From positions 1,504,001-1,568,000 of the forward strand of contig OZ250172.1 in NCBI GenBank assembly GCA_965237905.1: a stretch of 64,000 nt of DNA, read 5' to 3'. Shown here one piece after another: positions 1 to 9,948 of the stretch. This DNA comes from Nitrospinaceae bacterium (GTDB lineage: Bacteria; Nitrospinota; Nitrospinia; Nitrospinales; Nitrospinaceae). Position 1 is the first letter of the stretch. Each line of letters begins with the position of its first letter. The translations under genes were made by a program, and so were the position numbers. Below the pieces are notes generated by a model that was not told the DNA's origin, ran no database searches, and saw only the letters and a program-made list of their open reading frames with translations.

Positions 1-113
1 AAAGCGAAGCACCCGCGGGATAGATTACTGGCACCCAGAAAAATCAGCAGAACCGGTAATTCCGGATGAAGGGAAGGAACGTTTGCTGACTTCTCATCAA
101 GGTGAACCATCAT
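1..113 (-). CDS. Partial CDS (5' part only; runs off the window start), hypothetical, possibly SGNH-like
   Basis: Hand translation from ATG at 113 gives MMVHLDEKSANVPSLHPELPVLLIFLGASNLSRGCFA, open to the window edge; a hydrophobic strand followed by GASN resembles a GDS-type motif. Confidence 0.4.
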   Translation of the reverse strand, partial: MMVHLDEKSANVPSLHPELPVLLIFLGASNLSRGCFA

Positions 114-202
114 GAACCCTCATGACTAGCGGTCGAATGGAATAACCATCCGCTCAATATACATGGAAATTTTTTGAAAGAGTGAGTTCCCCGCCCGAGG
201 CC

Positions 203-1096
203 TCAAGGGTAGGAGCGGTATTTTTTGGGAAGGTTGGCGAGGTCCGCGCGGCTCTCCAGCCCCTCATGGAGTTTTTCGTAATGGGTGATCAGTCTTTTGA
301 TTTCCATCGTTTTACGCACATCACTGCCGCCTTGATGGGCGGCACGCTGTAATTGACGAAGGTTTCCCGAGTAAGCTTTATATTTTTTCTTCCACCAGGC
401 TCCGTTTTTCCCATCCCACAACTCGTCTTCCGGACTGCCAAGGGGCTTCAGAATCAATTCCGAGTTTTCCCGGTCCATTTCCATTCTGAATTCGCCAAGA
501 AATGTTATCCCCAAAAGGCCATCCATTTTCCCCATATGCGGATTGGTACTGGCCTCCACGTTGAACACTTCTGCTTCGCCTATTTTCAAAGAATCCAAAA
601 CAAACAACGGAGTTTCCAGCTTGCCGCCAGCGGTAGTCATTTCAATTTTCGGAAGGTTGGAACGAGGATGGATTCCCAAGCGCTTCCCAATGCGGTCGGA
701 CAAGATGATCATCGTTGCACCGGTATCGACGATTAAATCTGCCTTGACCGTTCCATTGAGGAGCACCTCTACGACATAATGTCCGCCGGAGCCCGACTTG
801 GCCTTGATCACATGGGTGATCGGCCTGCCTCTCGGCTCCTGCTGCTCCTTCTTCTGACGTCGTGTCTGCACCGGTTTCGAAGATTTGGCCGGTGTACCGT
901 CTATCGTTTTCAGCTCGCCTTTTTCCCGGTATTGGGGAGGAATTTTGGAAAGGCTGTCGGTAAAATGCGTTTTACCGTTTTCATCTTTCCATTTGAAAAC
1001 GGCGGAGTGGGAGGGGGACGCCAACATCAAAGCCAACAATACACCTAAGGCACAGGAGAACTTAATCCATGGACTCAAAGGATATCGGTTTGACAT
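203..1096 (-). CDS. Secreted DUF4124 + retropepsin-like (clan AA) aspartyl protease
   Basis: Signal peptide, VFKWKDENGKTHFTD (DUF4124-like), catalytic LIVDTGA and GLLG motifs. Start set at MSNRYP (1096), overlapping the ftsK end; the ORF track extends to 1189. Confidence 0.85.
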   Translation of the reverse strand: MSNRYPLSPWIKFSCALGVLLALMLASPSHSAVFKWKDENGKTHFTDSLSKIPPQYREKGELKTIDGTPAKSSKPVQTRRQKKEQQEPRGRPITHVIKAKSGSGGHYVVEVLLNGTVKADLIVDTGATMIILSDRIGKRLGIHPRSNLPKIEMTTAGGKLETPLFVLDSLKIGEAEVFNVEASTNPHMGKMDGLLGITFLGEFRMEMDRENSELILKPLGSPEDELWDGKNGAWWKKKYKAYSGNLRQLQRAAHQGGSDVRKTMEIKRLITHYEKLHEGLESRADLANLPKKYRSYP

Positions 1097-3476
1097 AAAC
1101 ATCTCGCGGTTTGATTCCATCTGAAGGCCCAACCACGCCTTCGCGTTCCATAATTTCAACCATGCGCGCCGCCCGGTTGTAGCCGACACGCAGTTTCCTC
1201 TGAATCATCGAAATCGAAGCTTGCCGTTCCCGTGCAACGAGAGCGACGGCTTCATCGTATTTCTCGTCAAACTCGTCTTCGTCCTCTTTCTCACGGGTGG
1301 CCTCAACCACCTGCTCGAACACATCTTTTTCGTATTCCGGCTTTTTCTCCTGATCCTTGATGAACTTTAGAATCCGGTTGATCTCCTCGTCACTCACCAT
1401 CGCCCCGTGGATTCTATGGATCTTGGACGTTCCCGGCGGGAGGAACAGCATGTCACCTTTACCCAACAATTTCTCGGCACCGGAACAGTCCAGAATCGTC
1501 CGGGAATCCACACGCGAGGTAACCTGATAGGAAATCCGCGCCGGAAAATTGGCTTTGATGATGCCCGTCAGCACGTCTACGGACGGCCTCTGGGTCGCCA
1601 CAATCAGGTGAATCCCCGCGGCCCGGGCCATTTGCGCCAGCCGCGTCAACGAGTCTTCTACGCCCTTACAGGCTACCATCATCAAATCCGCCAACTCATC
1701 TATTATTATTACAATGTAAGGGAGTTTGATGGGAATTCCCATCTCTGTTTTTTCGGTAGTGAACTCCTCACTCAATCCGTCTGTAGTTTCGGCTTCCCCT
1801 ATCGGGTCTTTTCTTTTGAATTTCCGGCTTTTAAGTTTTCGTTTCCGGTCGTCCCCCAACTGAAGTTTTTCCACCATCTGGTTGAAACCAGAAATATTAC
1901 GCACGGAATTTTCGGCCATCAACTTGTAGCGCCGTTCCATTTCCGAAACCGCCCATTGCAAAACTCCCGCCGCCTTTTTAGGATTGGTCACCACCGGCGC
2001 AATTAGATGGGGAATGCCGTCGTACATGTTCAGCTCCAGCATTTTGGGATCGATCATGATCATCTTCACCTCTTCCGGAGTCGCGTTGAGGAGCAGACTG
2101 CAGATCATGGTGTTGATGCCGACCGATTTGCCGGAGCCGGTGGAACCCGCCATCAACAAATGCGGCACCTGTGCCAGGTCTTCCGTGACGGGGCGGCCGA
2201 TGTGATCCTTGCCTACCGCCAGGGCCACCTTGGAATGAGTTTCCTGAAACGATTCCGAGCAAATGATTTCCTTGAAAGATACGGTTTCGCGCTTCGGATT
2301 GGGGAGCTCGATGCCTACCACCGACTTGCCAGGGACAGGAGCCAGAATACGGACGCTGGGGGCGCGCATGGCCAACGCCAGGTCATCGGTTAACGACAGG
2401 ATGCGGCTGACTTTGATTCCCGGCGCCGGTTCAAATTCGTACAGGGTGATGACCGGACCCGGCAGGACCTGAACGACCCGCCCTTCCACTCCAAAGTCGG
2501 CCAGTTTCTTTTCCAAAATGGTGGAGTTGAGCATCAGCTCTTCCCGCATCTTCCCCACGTTCCGGATTTTGGAAGGGTCATTCAACAGGGTGACTGGAGG
2601 CACCTGGTAATCACCCGACTCGTTTTCGAAAGGAAATTTTTTCTGAACCGCAAACTCTTCTTTCTTTTCCGGAGCTTTTTCTTTTTTCTTCGTCCTGAGA
2701 AAATCGTCCAGAGTTTTCGGCACAGGGCTCAACAGTTCACGCGAGACAATGACGGGTTCGCTCAACTTCCGGTACTTGCCTTTTTCCTTGCGGGCCGACC
2801 GCCAGATGCGCACCGTCTCCCGTAACCAGTCCTTAAATTCTCCGATGATCTGCACCAGCAAGGTTCCCACGGCGCTGATACTTCGCAATCCCCACCGGAA
2901 CAAAATCACGAAAGCGAGGCCGGTGGTTTGAAACAATTTGTTCGCCGGTACGCCGGACATGGCCAGCGTGGCAACAAATACGGTTAAGATCAACACAAGA
3001 TGAGCGCCGACAACGCTCAACCAGAGAACCAGCCACATGGAAGTATGCGCTCCAACCACGCCTCCCGTTTCAACATCTTTTCCAAAAAAGGGATCGTGGA
3101 CGAATTGCAGAGCTAGCAAAGAACAGAGCGCGACCAGAAAAATCGAACCAAAAAATAACACCAGCGGCCAGCGGCGAAACTCCTGCCCGCGAATCACCGC
3201 CCAGCCCACCAGGATTGCGACAAGCGGAAACACAAACGCCCCGGTACCGAAAATTCGGACGAGGCCGTCGGATAAATAAGAACCTACCAAGCCTCCATAA
3301 TTCTGGATGTCACCGCCCTGCGATGAAAACTGATGGAACGAAGGATCATGAGGCGAATAGGAAATCATTGAAATCAACGCAAAGATGGCAAACCCGGCGG
3401 TTCCGATTCCCAGGAAATCACGGGTCAGAGTATGATCACGGGTCAATGCAGGGTCAGGAGATTTTTTTCTACTCAT
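1062..3476 (-). CDS. ftsK: DNA translocase FtsK/SpoIIIE
   Basis: N-terminal TM domain, Walker A GSTGSGKS, IIIDELADLMM, ATQRPS, gamma domain IQRKLRVGYNRAAR. Confidence 0.97.
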   Translation of the reverse strand: MSRKKSPDPALTRDHTLTRDFLGIGTAGFAIFALISMISYSPHDPSFHQFSSQGGDIQNYGGLVGSYLSDGLVRIFGTGAFVFPLVAILVGWAVIRGQEFRRWPLVLFFGSIFLVALCSLLALQFVHDPFFGKDVETGGVVGAHTSMWLVLWLSVVGAHLVLILTVFVATLAMSGVPANKLFQTTGLAFVILFRWGLRSISAVGTLLVQIIGEFKDWLRETVRIWRSARKEKGKYRKLSEPVIVSRELLSPVPKTLDDFLRTKKKEKAPEKKEEFAVQKKFPFENESGDYQVPPVTLLNDPSKIRNVGKMREELMLNSTILEKKLADFGVEGRVVQVLPGPVITLYEFEPAPGIKVSRILSLTDDLALAMRAPSVRILAPVPGKSVVGIELPNPKRETVSFKEIICSESFQETHSKVALAVGKDHIGRPVTEDLAQVPHLLMAGSTGSGKSVGINTMICSLLLNATPEEVKMIMIDPKMLELNMYDGIPHLIAPVVTNPKKAAGVLQWAVSEMERRYKLMAENSVRNISGFNQMVEKLQLGDDRKRKLKSRKFKRKDPIGEAETTDGLSEEFTTEKTEMGIPIKLPYIVIIIDELADLMMVACKGVEDSLTRLAQMARAAGIHLIVATQRPSVDVLTGIIKANFPARISYQVTSRVDSRTILDCSGAEKLLGKGDMLFLPPGTSKIHRIHGAMVSDEEINRILKFIKDQEKKPEYEKDVFEQVVEATREKEDEDEFDEKYDEAVALVARERQASISMIQRKLRVGYNRAARMVEIMEREGVVGPSDGIKPRDVYVKPISFESMD

Positions 3477-5143
3477 TATTTTGAACTCACATCTTTCTTG
3501 GGGGTTATCAATCGTTGAACGGTGTCCTGCAGGATCGTGTTCTGCACTTCATGGGCATCGTCCGGCCGGGGATAATCCAGGCTGTAGTGCAGGCCGCGGC
3601 TTTCTTTCCGCTCCAGGGCCCCGTTGATAATCAACTGGGCGGTGAGCGCGATGTTGCGCAACTCCAGTGTATCGCGCGTGATTTTGAAACTCCAGTAATA
3701 CTCTTTAATCTCTTCCAGCAGCATCTCGACCCGGCGACGCGCCCGATATAGCCGTTTGTCGGAACGCACGACGCCGACGTAATTCCACATCAGCCGCCGG
3801 ATTTCGTCCCAGTTGTGGGAAACGACGACAGACTCATCGCTTTCAACTGCATCGCCGCTGTCCCATTCCGGCAGGCGTTCCTGAAGTTCTTCGAGTTTTG
3901 TGGAGGGCTTGTTCAATTCAGCTGCTTTGGCGGCGGCCCGGTGCGACAGCACCAAACCTTCCAACAGGGAATTGCTGGCCAACCGGTTGGCTCCGTGCAA
4001 TCCGGAATAACACACTTCACCTGAAGCGAACAGGCGGGGGATGTTGGTCTGGCCGTTCAAATCCACCATCACTCCGCCACACATGTAATGCGCCGCCGGA
4101 ACAACGGGGATCGGTTGTTCAGTCATATCGAAGCCGAACGATTTGCAGGTCTTGTCAATATTCGGGAAGCGTTCCCGCGTGCGGTACCCCTCCAGGTGTG
4201 TGACATCGAGGTACACGCAGTCGTCGCCGCTTTTTTTCATTTCGTAATCGATCGCTCGGGCCACCACGTCACGCGGCGCCAGGCAACCCAGGGAATGATA
4301 ATTTTCCATGAAAGTGTCACCGTTTTTCAAGCGAAGGACGCCCCCTTCTCCGCGCACCGCTTCCGAAATCAAAAATGATTTCGCCTGCGGATGGTACAGG
4401 CAAGTGGGATGGAACTGAAAAAATTCCATATTGGCGATTTGGGCACCTGCGCGATAAGCCAACGCGATGCCGTCGCCGGTCGCGGTATCGGGATTGGACG
4501 TATACAGGTAAACTTTGCCCGCTCCTCCCGTGGCCAACAAAATGGCTTTGCCGGTAAATGTGATCACCTCGCCGGTTTGTTCGTTCAACGCGTACAGGCC
4601 GAGTGCCTCGTCCCTCTTGTCCCCCGGTTGAATGGCAGGGTCGATATTAGAACGGGTGATGATATCAATCCCCATATGATAGGGGTAGATTTCGATATTC
4701 GGTTTGGTGCGGACGGCTTCGATCAGGGCACGCTCGATTTCCCAGCCGGTGAGATCGTCGGCGTGCAGAATGCGGCGTTTGGAATGGCCCCCTTCTCGTG
4801 TCAGATGAAAGCTGTCCTCCCCTTGGGTGCGGGTAAACCGGGTTCCCAGTTGGATCAATTCCCGAACCCGGGCGGGTCCTTCGCGGACAATACAGCGAAC
4901 CACGTCTTCCTGGCACAGGCCGCGCCCGGCTTCGATGGTATCGCTCACATGGAGGTCGACCGAATCATCCTCTGCCATGACCGATGCGATCCCTCCCTGG
5001 GCGTAGCGGGTGGCAGACTCTTCCACGGCATCCTTGGTAATCAGGGCTACGGAGCCATATTCAGCAATCTTCAGGGCAAAGGTGAGGCCAGCGAGGCCAC
5101 TACCAATAACGATGTAATCCCGAGCGACTTTCATACCCGTCAT
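3476..5143 (-). CDS. nadB: L-aspartate oxidase
   Basis: GSGLAG FAD motif, TRYAQGGIA, EGGHS, QFHPT, HGANRLASNSLLEG, ESRGLH. Confidence 0.96.
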   Translation of the reverse strand: MTGMKVARDYIVIGSGLAGLTFALKIAEYGSVALITKDAVEESATRYAQGGIASVMAEDDSVDLHVSDTIEAGRGLCQEDVVRCIVREGPARVRELIQLGTRFTRTQGEDSFHLTREGGHSKRRILHADDLTGWEIERALIEAVRTKPNIEIYPYHMGIDIITRSNIDPAIQPGDKRDEALGLYALNEQTGEVITFTGKAILLATGGAGKVYLYTSNPDTATGDGIALAYRAGAQIANMEFFQFHPTCLYHPQAKSFLISEAVRGEGGVLRLKNGDTFMENYHSLGCLAPRDVVARAIDYEMKKSGDDCVYLDVTHLEGYRTRERFPNIDKTCKSFGFDMTEQPIPVVPAAHYMCGGVMVDLNGQTNIPRLFASGEVCYSGLHGANRLASNSLLEGLVLSHRAAAKAAELNKPSTKLEELQERLPEWDSGDAVESDESVVVSHNWDEIRRLMWNYVGVVRSDKRLYRARRRVEMLLEEIKEYYWSFKITRDTLELRNIALTAQLIINGALERKESRGLHYSLDYPRPDDAHEVQNTILQDTVQRLITPKKDVSSK

Positions 5144-5252
5144 TATATGGATTTAGGCCTTTAAAATCAACAAGATATTGATAAATCGGGAGTTATGGAG
5201 AGAATCGGGGCTGCGGAAGGGTCCTGAAAATCACTGAAACCGGGCAATACCT

Positions 5253-7607
5253 TTATTTATAAAGTGTTGTGTCGGACTCAAGAGGTTTGTCAGGACCCGA
5301 ATCAGAAGGCAGAGAAGGTTTGAACTGGAGTCTTTTTATCGGCTTGCAGAGCGGCAGAACGATCAGGATGAGCAGGAAAATGGAGCTGACGATCAGCCCT
5401 TCCTTGAACCCTTCCGGAAAGTAATCGAATTCCAGAGTATGCTCGCCCGGTCCCAGTTGAACGGCCCGGTAAAAATGATTGGCCCTCAGGATTTTCCGCT
5501 CTTTGCCATCAACGGTCACTGTCCAGCCAGGAAAGTAGATATCATTCAATACCAGAAACCCGTTCCCATCCTGATGCGTTTTGATGGTGACGTGGTTGGG
5601 CCGGTAAGCCACCTCTTCGACCTGCCCCTGGAAGTGATCGGAAGGCTGGAATTGCACCGGTTGGCTCAGCAGGACTTCCTTGAGAGGATCGAACGATGCG
5701 GCGTAGTAAGTATTAAGAACGGCTCCCTCTGCCAGGACTCTCATTTTGGGAGCGAGGTAGGCCCGGGGTAAAGCGTCCTTAAAAACGCGTATTCGATCGG
5801 AGAGAAGTACCGGTTCTCCGTCCGGGTTAAAATGGGTCTCCTGATCCAGGTTGATCCAATAGCCAACATTACTACGCTTTAAGATACGCAATCTCATTTC
5901 AGGATTGGATTTTCTCAATATCGACATCCAAATCAACTGGTATTTTAATCCCAATCCCAGGCCCGGTCTTCCCACAACATTTTCTACTCCATAAACCATT
6001 CCGGTATAAGGCGTTAAATATTGTTTCATCGCCTTAACGCTATGCAGGGCAGAAGGAGCGTTTGGAAATTCTATGGTGCCGGGATCCTTTTGAATGCTTC
6101 CCGAAAAAATCCGGTATTTGCCGAAGGTGCTCTGCAGATATTTCATATATACCGGTTTTTCGTCATAAAAACTTCTGTCTATCAGCGGAAGCAATTTAAA
6201 ATCTTTGATACTCAAATCAACAAAAATAAAAAGAAAAACTACCGCCGTAAAAACGGATTTTTTGAGCTTGCCAAAATAAAACAGTATGTAAACGAAACCA
6301 AAAACAAACAGAATGGCCATAGAGTTTTCAATTCCAAGAGTCGGTTGCCATATTCCGAGAACTGCAACCATTCCAAAAGTAATGATTGAAACCGACAAAA
6401 CCGGACCAATTTTGAGGCGGCGGTTTTGTGTATGCTTCAAAATATAATCTAAAACGTAACCTGTGAGAAATACTGCGGCAAACGAGGACACATAAAAATA
6501 TTTGGATGGAAACCGAAACAGTTTTAACAAAGGCACCGAATGATAGATATATTCATAGAAGGGGTTGTATTTTCCCAACGCCAACCATAATCCAAATAAA
6601 AAAACCACCAACCAGAAACCGATGGGTTTTTCCTTTCGAATGAAGAACCCGATAAAGATAAAAACCAGCGCCAGGAGCCCCATATGAACGGTATGCAGAA
6701 ACCCGTATAAAAAATCACCCGTGCTCGAATCCCCTATATAACCGGGGGATAACACAAGCGTGGCCAGCTTGGACAGTTCCAGGGACCATGTGGCATGGGC
6801 TTCATAACTCATCCCCGCCTCTCGGGGTGAATAGGGGAGAAGCTCGGCGGCAGGCCACAGTTGAAGCGCCGATAGCCCCAGGGCCAGAAACACTGCTAGT
6901 CCCAGTGAAAGAGTCAACCGGAGGTAAGCCGCAATCCCCTGCTCTTTGGGAGTGAACCAGAGTTCATGCAGAAACAAAAGTCCCACGGTCATGATACTAA
7001 TTTCCGGACATGCCGCCAGCGTCTGGGTGGCAATGGCCAGCACTGTTCCAATAAAATAGCCGATATGTTTTTCCTGCCGGTATTTCAGGAACAACCAGAA
7101 AATCAGGGGAAGCCAAACGGCAGCCATGAAGTAATTACTGAGAAGCACCGATCCGAAAATAAATCCACTCAACATCCCGGTAACGCTGGCACACAACCGG
7201 GCGGCAAGGGAAAGTCCCCAGATTTTCCCCAACAGAAATACAGAAATTCCCAATACCAGAAAATGGAGAAAATAAAACAGGTTGATCGCCAAAACAGAAT
7301 CCTGCAAAAAGAACAGAACGCTGGGAGGATAAAATACTCCCGGATGAAACAGGGACATGAACGGCATCCCGCCATAAACATGAGGAGACCAGTAAGGCAT
7401 CACTCCCTGCTGGTAGGCTTGACCGATGAAATACCTGAAAGGATAGGTGATGAAATGGTAATCCCGGTGGAAAATAGCTTTGCCCGTGAAGAACATCGGG
7501 GAAAAAACATTCAGGGCCACGAGGAACAACAACAGCATCCCGGAAATCTCCTGTAATAATCCAGGATTTAATTTAAAGTTTTTATACTCCAGTTTGTTGA
7601 TTGACAT
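5253..7607 (-). CDS. YfhO-family GT-C fold integral membrane glycosyltransferase (paralogue 1)
   Basis: Multi-TM protein with IFHRDY loop, PYW..GGMPF, FRFPSK and C-terminal YFPGWTVTVDG..ANHFYRAVQL module typical of YfhO-like proteins. Confidence 0.85.
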   Translation of the reverse strand: MSINKLEYKNFKLNPGLLQEISGMLLLFLVALNVFSPMFFTGKAIFHRDYHFITYPFRYFIGQAYQQGVMPYWSPHVYGGMPFMSLFHPGVFYPPSVLFFLQDSVLAINLFYFLHFLVLGISVFLLGKIWGLSLAARLCASVTGMLSGFIFGSVLLSNYFMAAVWLPLIFWLFLKYRQEKHIGYFIGTVLAIATQTLAACPEISIMTVGLLFLHELWFTPKEQGIAAYLRLTLSLGLAVFLALGLSALQLWPAAELLPYSPREAGMSYEAHATWSLELSKLATLVLSPGYIGDSSTGDFLYGFLHTVHMGLLALVFIFIGFFIRKEKPIGFWLVVFLFGLWLALGKYNPFYEYIYHSVPLLKLFRFPSKYFYVSSFAAVFLTGYVLDYILKHTQNRRLKIGPVLSVSIITFGMVAVLGIWQPTLGIENSMAILFVFGFVYILFYFGKLKKSVFTAVVFLFIFVDLSIKDFKLLPLIDRSFYDEKPVYMKYLQSTFGKYRIFSGSIQKDPGTIEFPNAPSALHSVKAMKQYLTPYTGMVYGVENVVGRPGLGLGLKYQLIWMSILRKSNPEMRLRILKRSNVGYWINLDQETHFNPDGEPVLLSDRIRVFKDALPRAYLAPKMRVLAEGAVLNTYYAASFDPLKEVLLSQPVQFQPSDHFQGQVEEVAYRPNHVTIKTHQDGNGFLVLNDIYFPGWTVTVDGKERKILRANHFYRAVQLGPGEHTLEFDYFPEGFKEGLIVSSIFLLILIVLPLCKPIKRLQFKPSLPSDSGPDKPLESDTTLYK

Positions 7608-7638
7608 GAATGAAATAGAGATTGTTAAAAAACGGTTG

Positions 7639-9948
7639 TTATATCGAACTTTTCAAACGTCTTCTCCAAAACACATACCCCACCAGACCCAACACGGGTG
7701 TCACACCGGTGACGATCAAGCCTTCCTTGAACCCTTCCGGGAAGTAATCGAATTCCAGAGTATGCTCGCCCGGCGCCAGCTGAACAGCGCGGTATAAACC
7801 ATAAGCCCTCAAAATCGTTTGTTCCCGGCCATCCACTTTAACCGTCCAGCCAGGAAGATAGGTATCCAGTAACACCAGAAATCCGTTGCCCTCCTGCGCG
7901 GTTTTCACCGTCACATGGTTGGGGCTGTAGCTCACCTCTTCGACTTCCCCTTTAAAATGAGTGGACTCCTGAAATTCTACGGGTCCTCTCAGCAGGACTT
8001 TCTGTAGAGGATCGAACGATTCATCGTAGTAATCAAAAAGAACCCGACCTTTTTCCGGCACCCGCATCTTAGGCACTAAAAACGCCCGGGGCAAAGCATC
8101 TTTAAAAACTTTCACCCGGTTCGGCAGTATAATTGGAAATCCTCCCTTAGCATGATACGTCAGAGAATCTCCATCGATCCAATATTTAACATTACTTCTT
8201 TTTAGTATCACCCTTCTGCGGTCCGGTTCGGATTGAATGAGGAATTGATACCAAATCATATGATTTTGAATATCCATAGCAAGTCCCGGCACTCCGCCCA
8301 CATGCTCAACTCCGAAAATCATTCCCAGAAAAGGATACGCCTGCTGTTTCGCGGCACGCATACCGGCCAAGCGGGAGGGTCCATTGGGGTAGACCATGGG
8401 GTTCGGTTCTTTTTCGATACGGCCGGAATAGGTTCGGTATTTCCCGGCGGAGCCAGCTAATATATCCATCAACATCGGTGGCTTCTCATAAAAATTCCGG
8501 CCGATCAACGGAAGCAGATGGAAATCCTTAACGGACAAATCCATTAAAATCATGGCGAACAAAATCGCCGCGAATCCGTTTCTCTTTATCCTGTTAAAAT
8601 AAAACAGGACATAGGTCACGCTGAAAACCATTACAAAGACCAGAGGGAGTTGGGGTTGCAGATTGGGCTCCAACAGTGCCAATACGGAAGCCGTGCCGAA
8701 AATCAGAATTAAAAGGGTTAAAACCGTGAAGATTTTAATCTGGCGGGTTTGGGTGGCGTTGATCAAGGCATCCAGGCAAAATCCAACAAGAAAAATTGCG
8801 GCAATAGAGGAAACGAATAAATATTTTTCCGGGTATCTGAAAAAATTCAAAAACGGCGTCCAGTTATAAATAAACTCATAAAACGGATTGTATCTCCCCA
8901 GGGCAAAAAATATTCCGAAAAAAAAGACTGCCAACCAGAAACCTACGGCCTTGTTCTTTCGAAACAGGAATGCCAGGACGACGAAAACAAAACCAAAGAT
9001 ACCCATATACAACGTGTGCAAAAAACCTGAGAATATGTTCGAGGCGTCCTTTAGCGGAACTTCCAGGTATCCCTTATATCCGGGAGATAATATAAACGTA
9101 GTCAACTTGGAAGGCTCCAAAGACCAGCGCGAGTGGAAGTCAAAGTCCAATCCGTTTCCTCTAAACGTATGTTCCAGAAGTTGAGCGGTGGGCACCAACT
9201 GAAAAGCCGTCAACCCCAAAGCAAGTAGAACAGCCAGGCCGAGCGTTCCGGTAATACGCACCATTTCCGCCTTATTCCGCGTCTTAGATGTAAACACTAT
9301 GGCGTGAAGATAAAGCAGAATCATGGTCATCACGCTGATTTCCGGGCAGGCCGCAAGTGGTTGAGTGGCGATCGCCAACACCAATCCAATAAACCAGCCA
9401 ATATGATTCCGCTCTTTGAACTGGTAATACAACCAGAAGATCAAGGGCAACCAGACCGATGACAAGAAATAATTACTGCAAAGGGTAGAGGCGACTATCA
9501 ATCCACCCAACATGCCTGTGACACCACAACACAAGGCCGCAAACCAGGAAAGATTCCATGTGCGGCTCAATAAAAAAACGAACACGCCCATGATCAGAAA
9601 ATGCAATACATAATACAGGTTCAATGCCAGGGTAAAGTCATTCAGAAAAAAAAGAATGCTGGGAGGATAAAACACGCCGGGATGCAGGGTCGCCATGAAA
9701 GGCATTCCCCCAAACGTGTGGGTTGTCCAATAAGGGATTACCCCCTGATGATAGGCTTGGGCAAGGAAGTAGCGTACGGGATAGGTGACAAATTGAAAAT
9801 CACGGTAGAAGATAACTTTCCCGTCAAATAACAACGGATAAAAAAAGGCTATTGCGATCGCAAATAAAATGAAAACGCCTATGGCATTTTTTGTGGGTTC
9901 GGAAATTTCCGGATGAGTCTGACCATCAAGAGGCGGTATCTTTTGCAT
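7639..9948 (-). CDS. YfhO-family GT-C glycosyltransferase (paralogue 2)
   Basis: Same architecture: IFYRDF, PYW..GGMPF, FRYPEK, LPRAF, YLPGWTVKVDG. Confidence 0.85.
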   Translation of the reverse strand: MQKIPPLDGQTHPEISEPTKNAIGVFILFAIAIAFFYPLLFDGKVIFYRDFQFVTYPVRYFLAQAYHQGVIPYWTTHTFGGMPFMATLHPGVFYPPSILFFLNDFTLALNLYYVLHFLIMGVFVFLLSRTWNLSWFAALCCGVTGMLGGLIVASTLCSNYFLSSVWLPLIFWLYYQFKERNHIGWFIGLVLAIATQPLAACPEISVMTMILLYLHAIVFTSKTRNKAEMVRITGTLGLAVLLALGLTAFQLVPTAQLLEHTFRGNGLDFDFHSRWSLEPSKLTTFILSPGYKGYLEVPLKDASNIFSGFLHTLYMGIFGFVFVVLAFLFRKNKAVGFWLAVFFFGIFFALGRYNPFYEFIYNWTPFLNFFRYPEKYLFVSSIAAIFLVGFCLDALINATQTRQIKIFTVLTLLILIFGTASVLALLEPNLQPQLPLVFVMVFSVTYVLFYFNRIKRNGFAAILFAMILMDLSVKDFHLLPLIGRNFYEKPPMLMDILAGSAGKYRTYSGRIEKEPNPMVYPNGPSRLAGMRAAKQQAYPFLGMIFGVEHVGGVPGLAMDIQNHMIWYQFLIQSEPDRRRVILKRSNVKYWIDGDSLTYHAKGGFPIILPNRVKVFKDALPRAFLVPKMRVPEKGRVLFDYYDESFDPLQKVLLRGPVEFQESTHFKGEVEEVSYSPNHVTVKTAQEGNGFLVLLDTYLPGWTVKVDGREQTILRAYGLYRAVQLAPGEHTLEFDYFPEGFKEGLIVTGVTPVLGLVGYVFWRRRLKSSI

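Noticed and set aside
1097..1189. N-terminal extension of the aspartyl protease ORF into ftsK
   Set aside because: Overlaps the conserved FtsK gamma domain; the signal peptide fits a start near 1096
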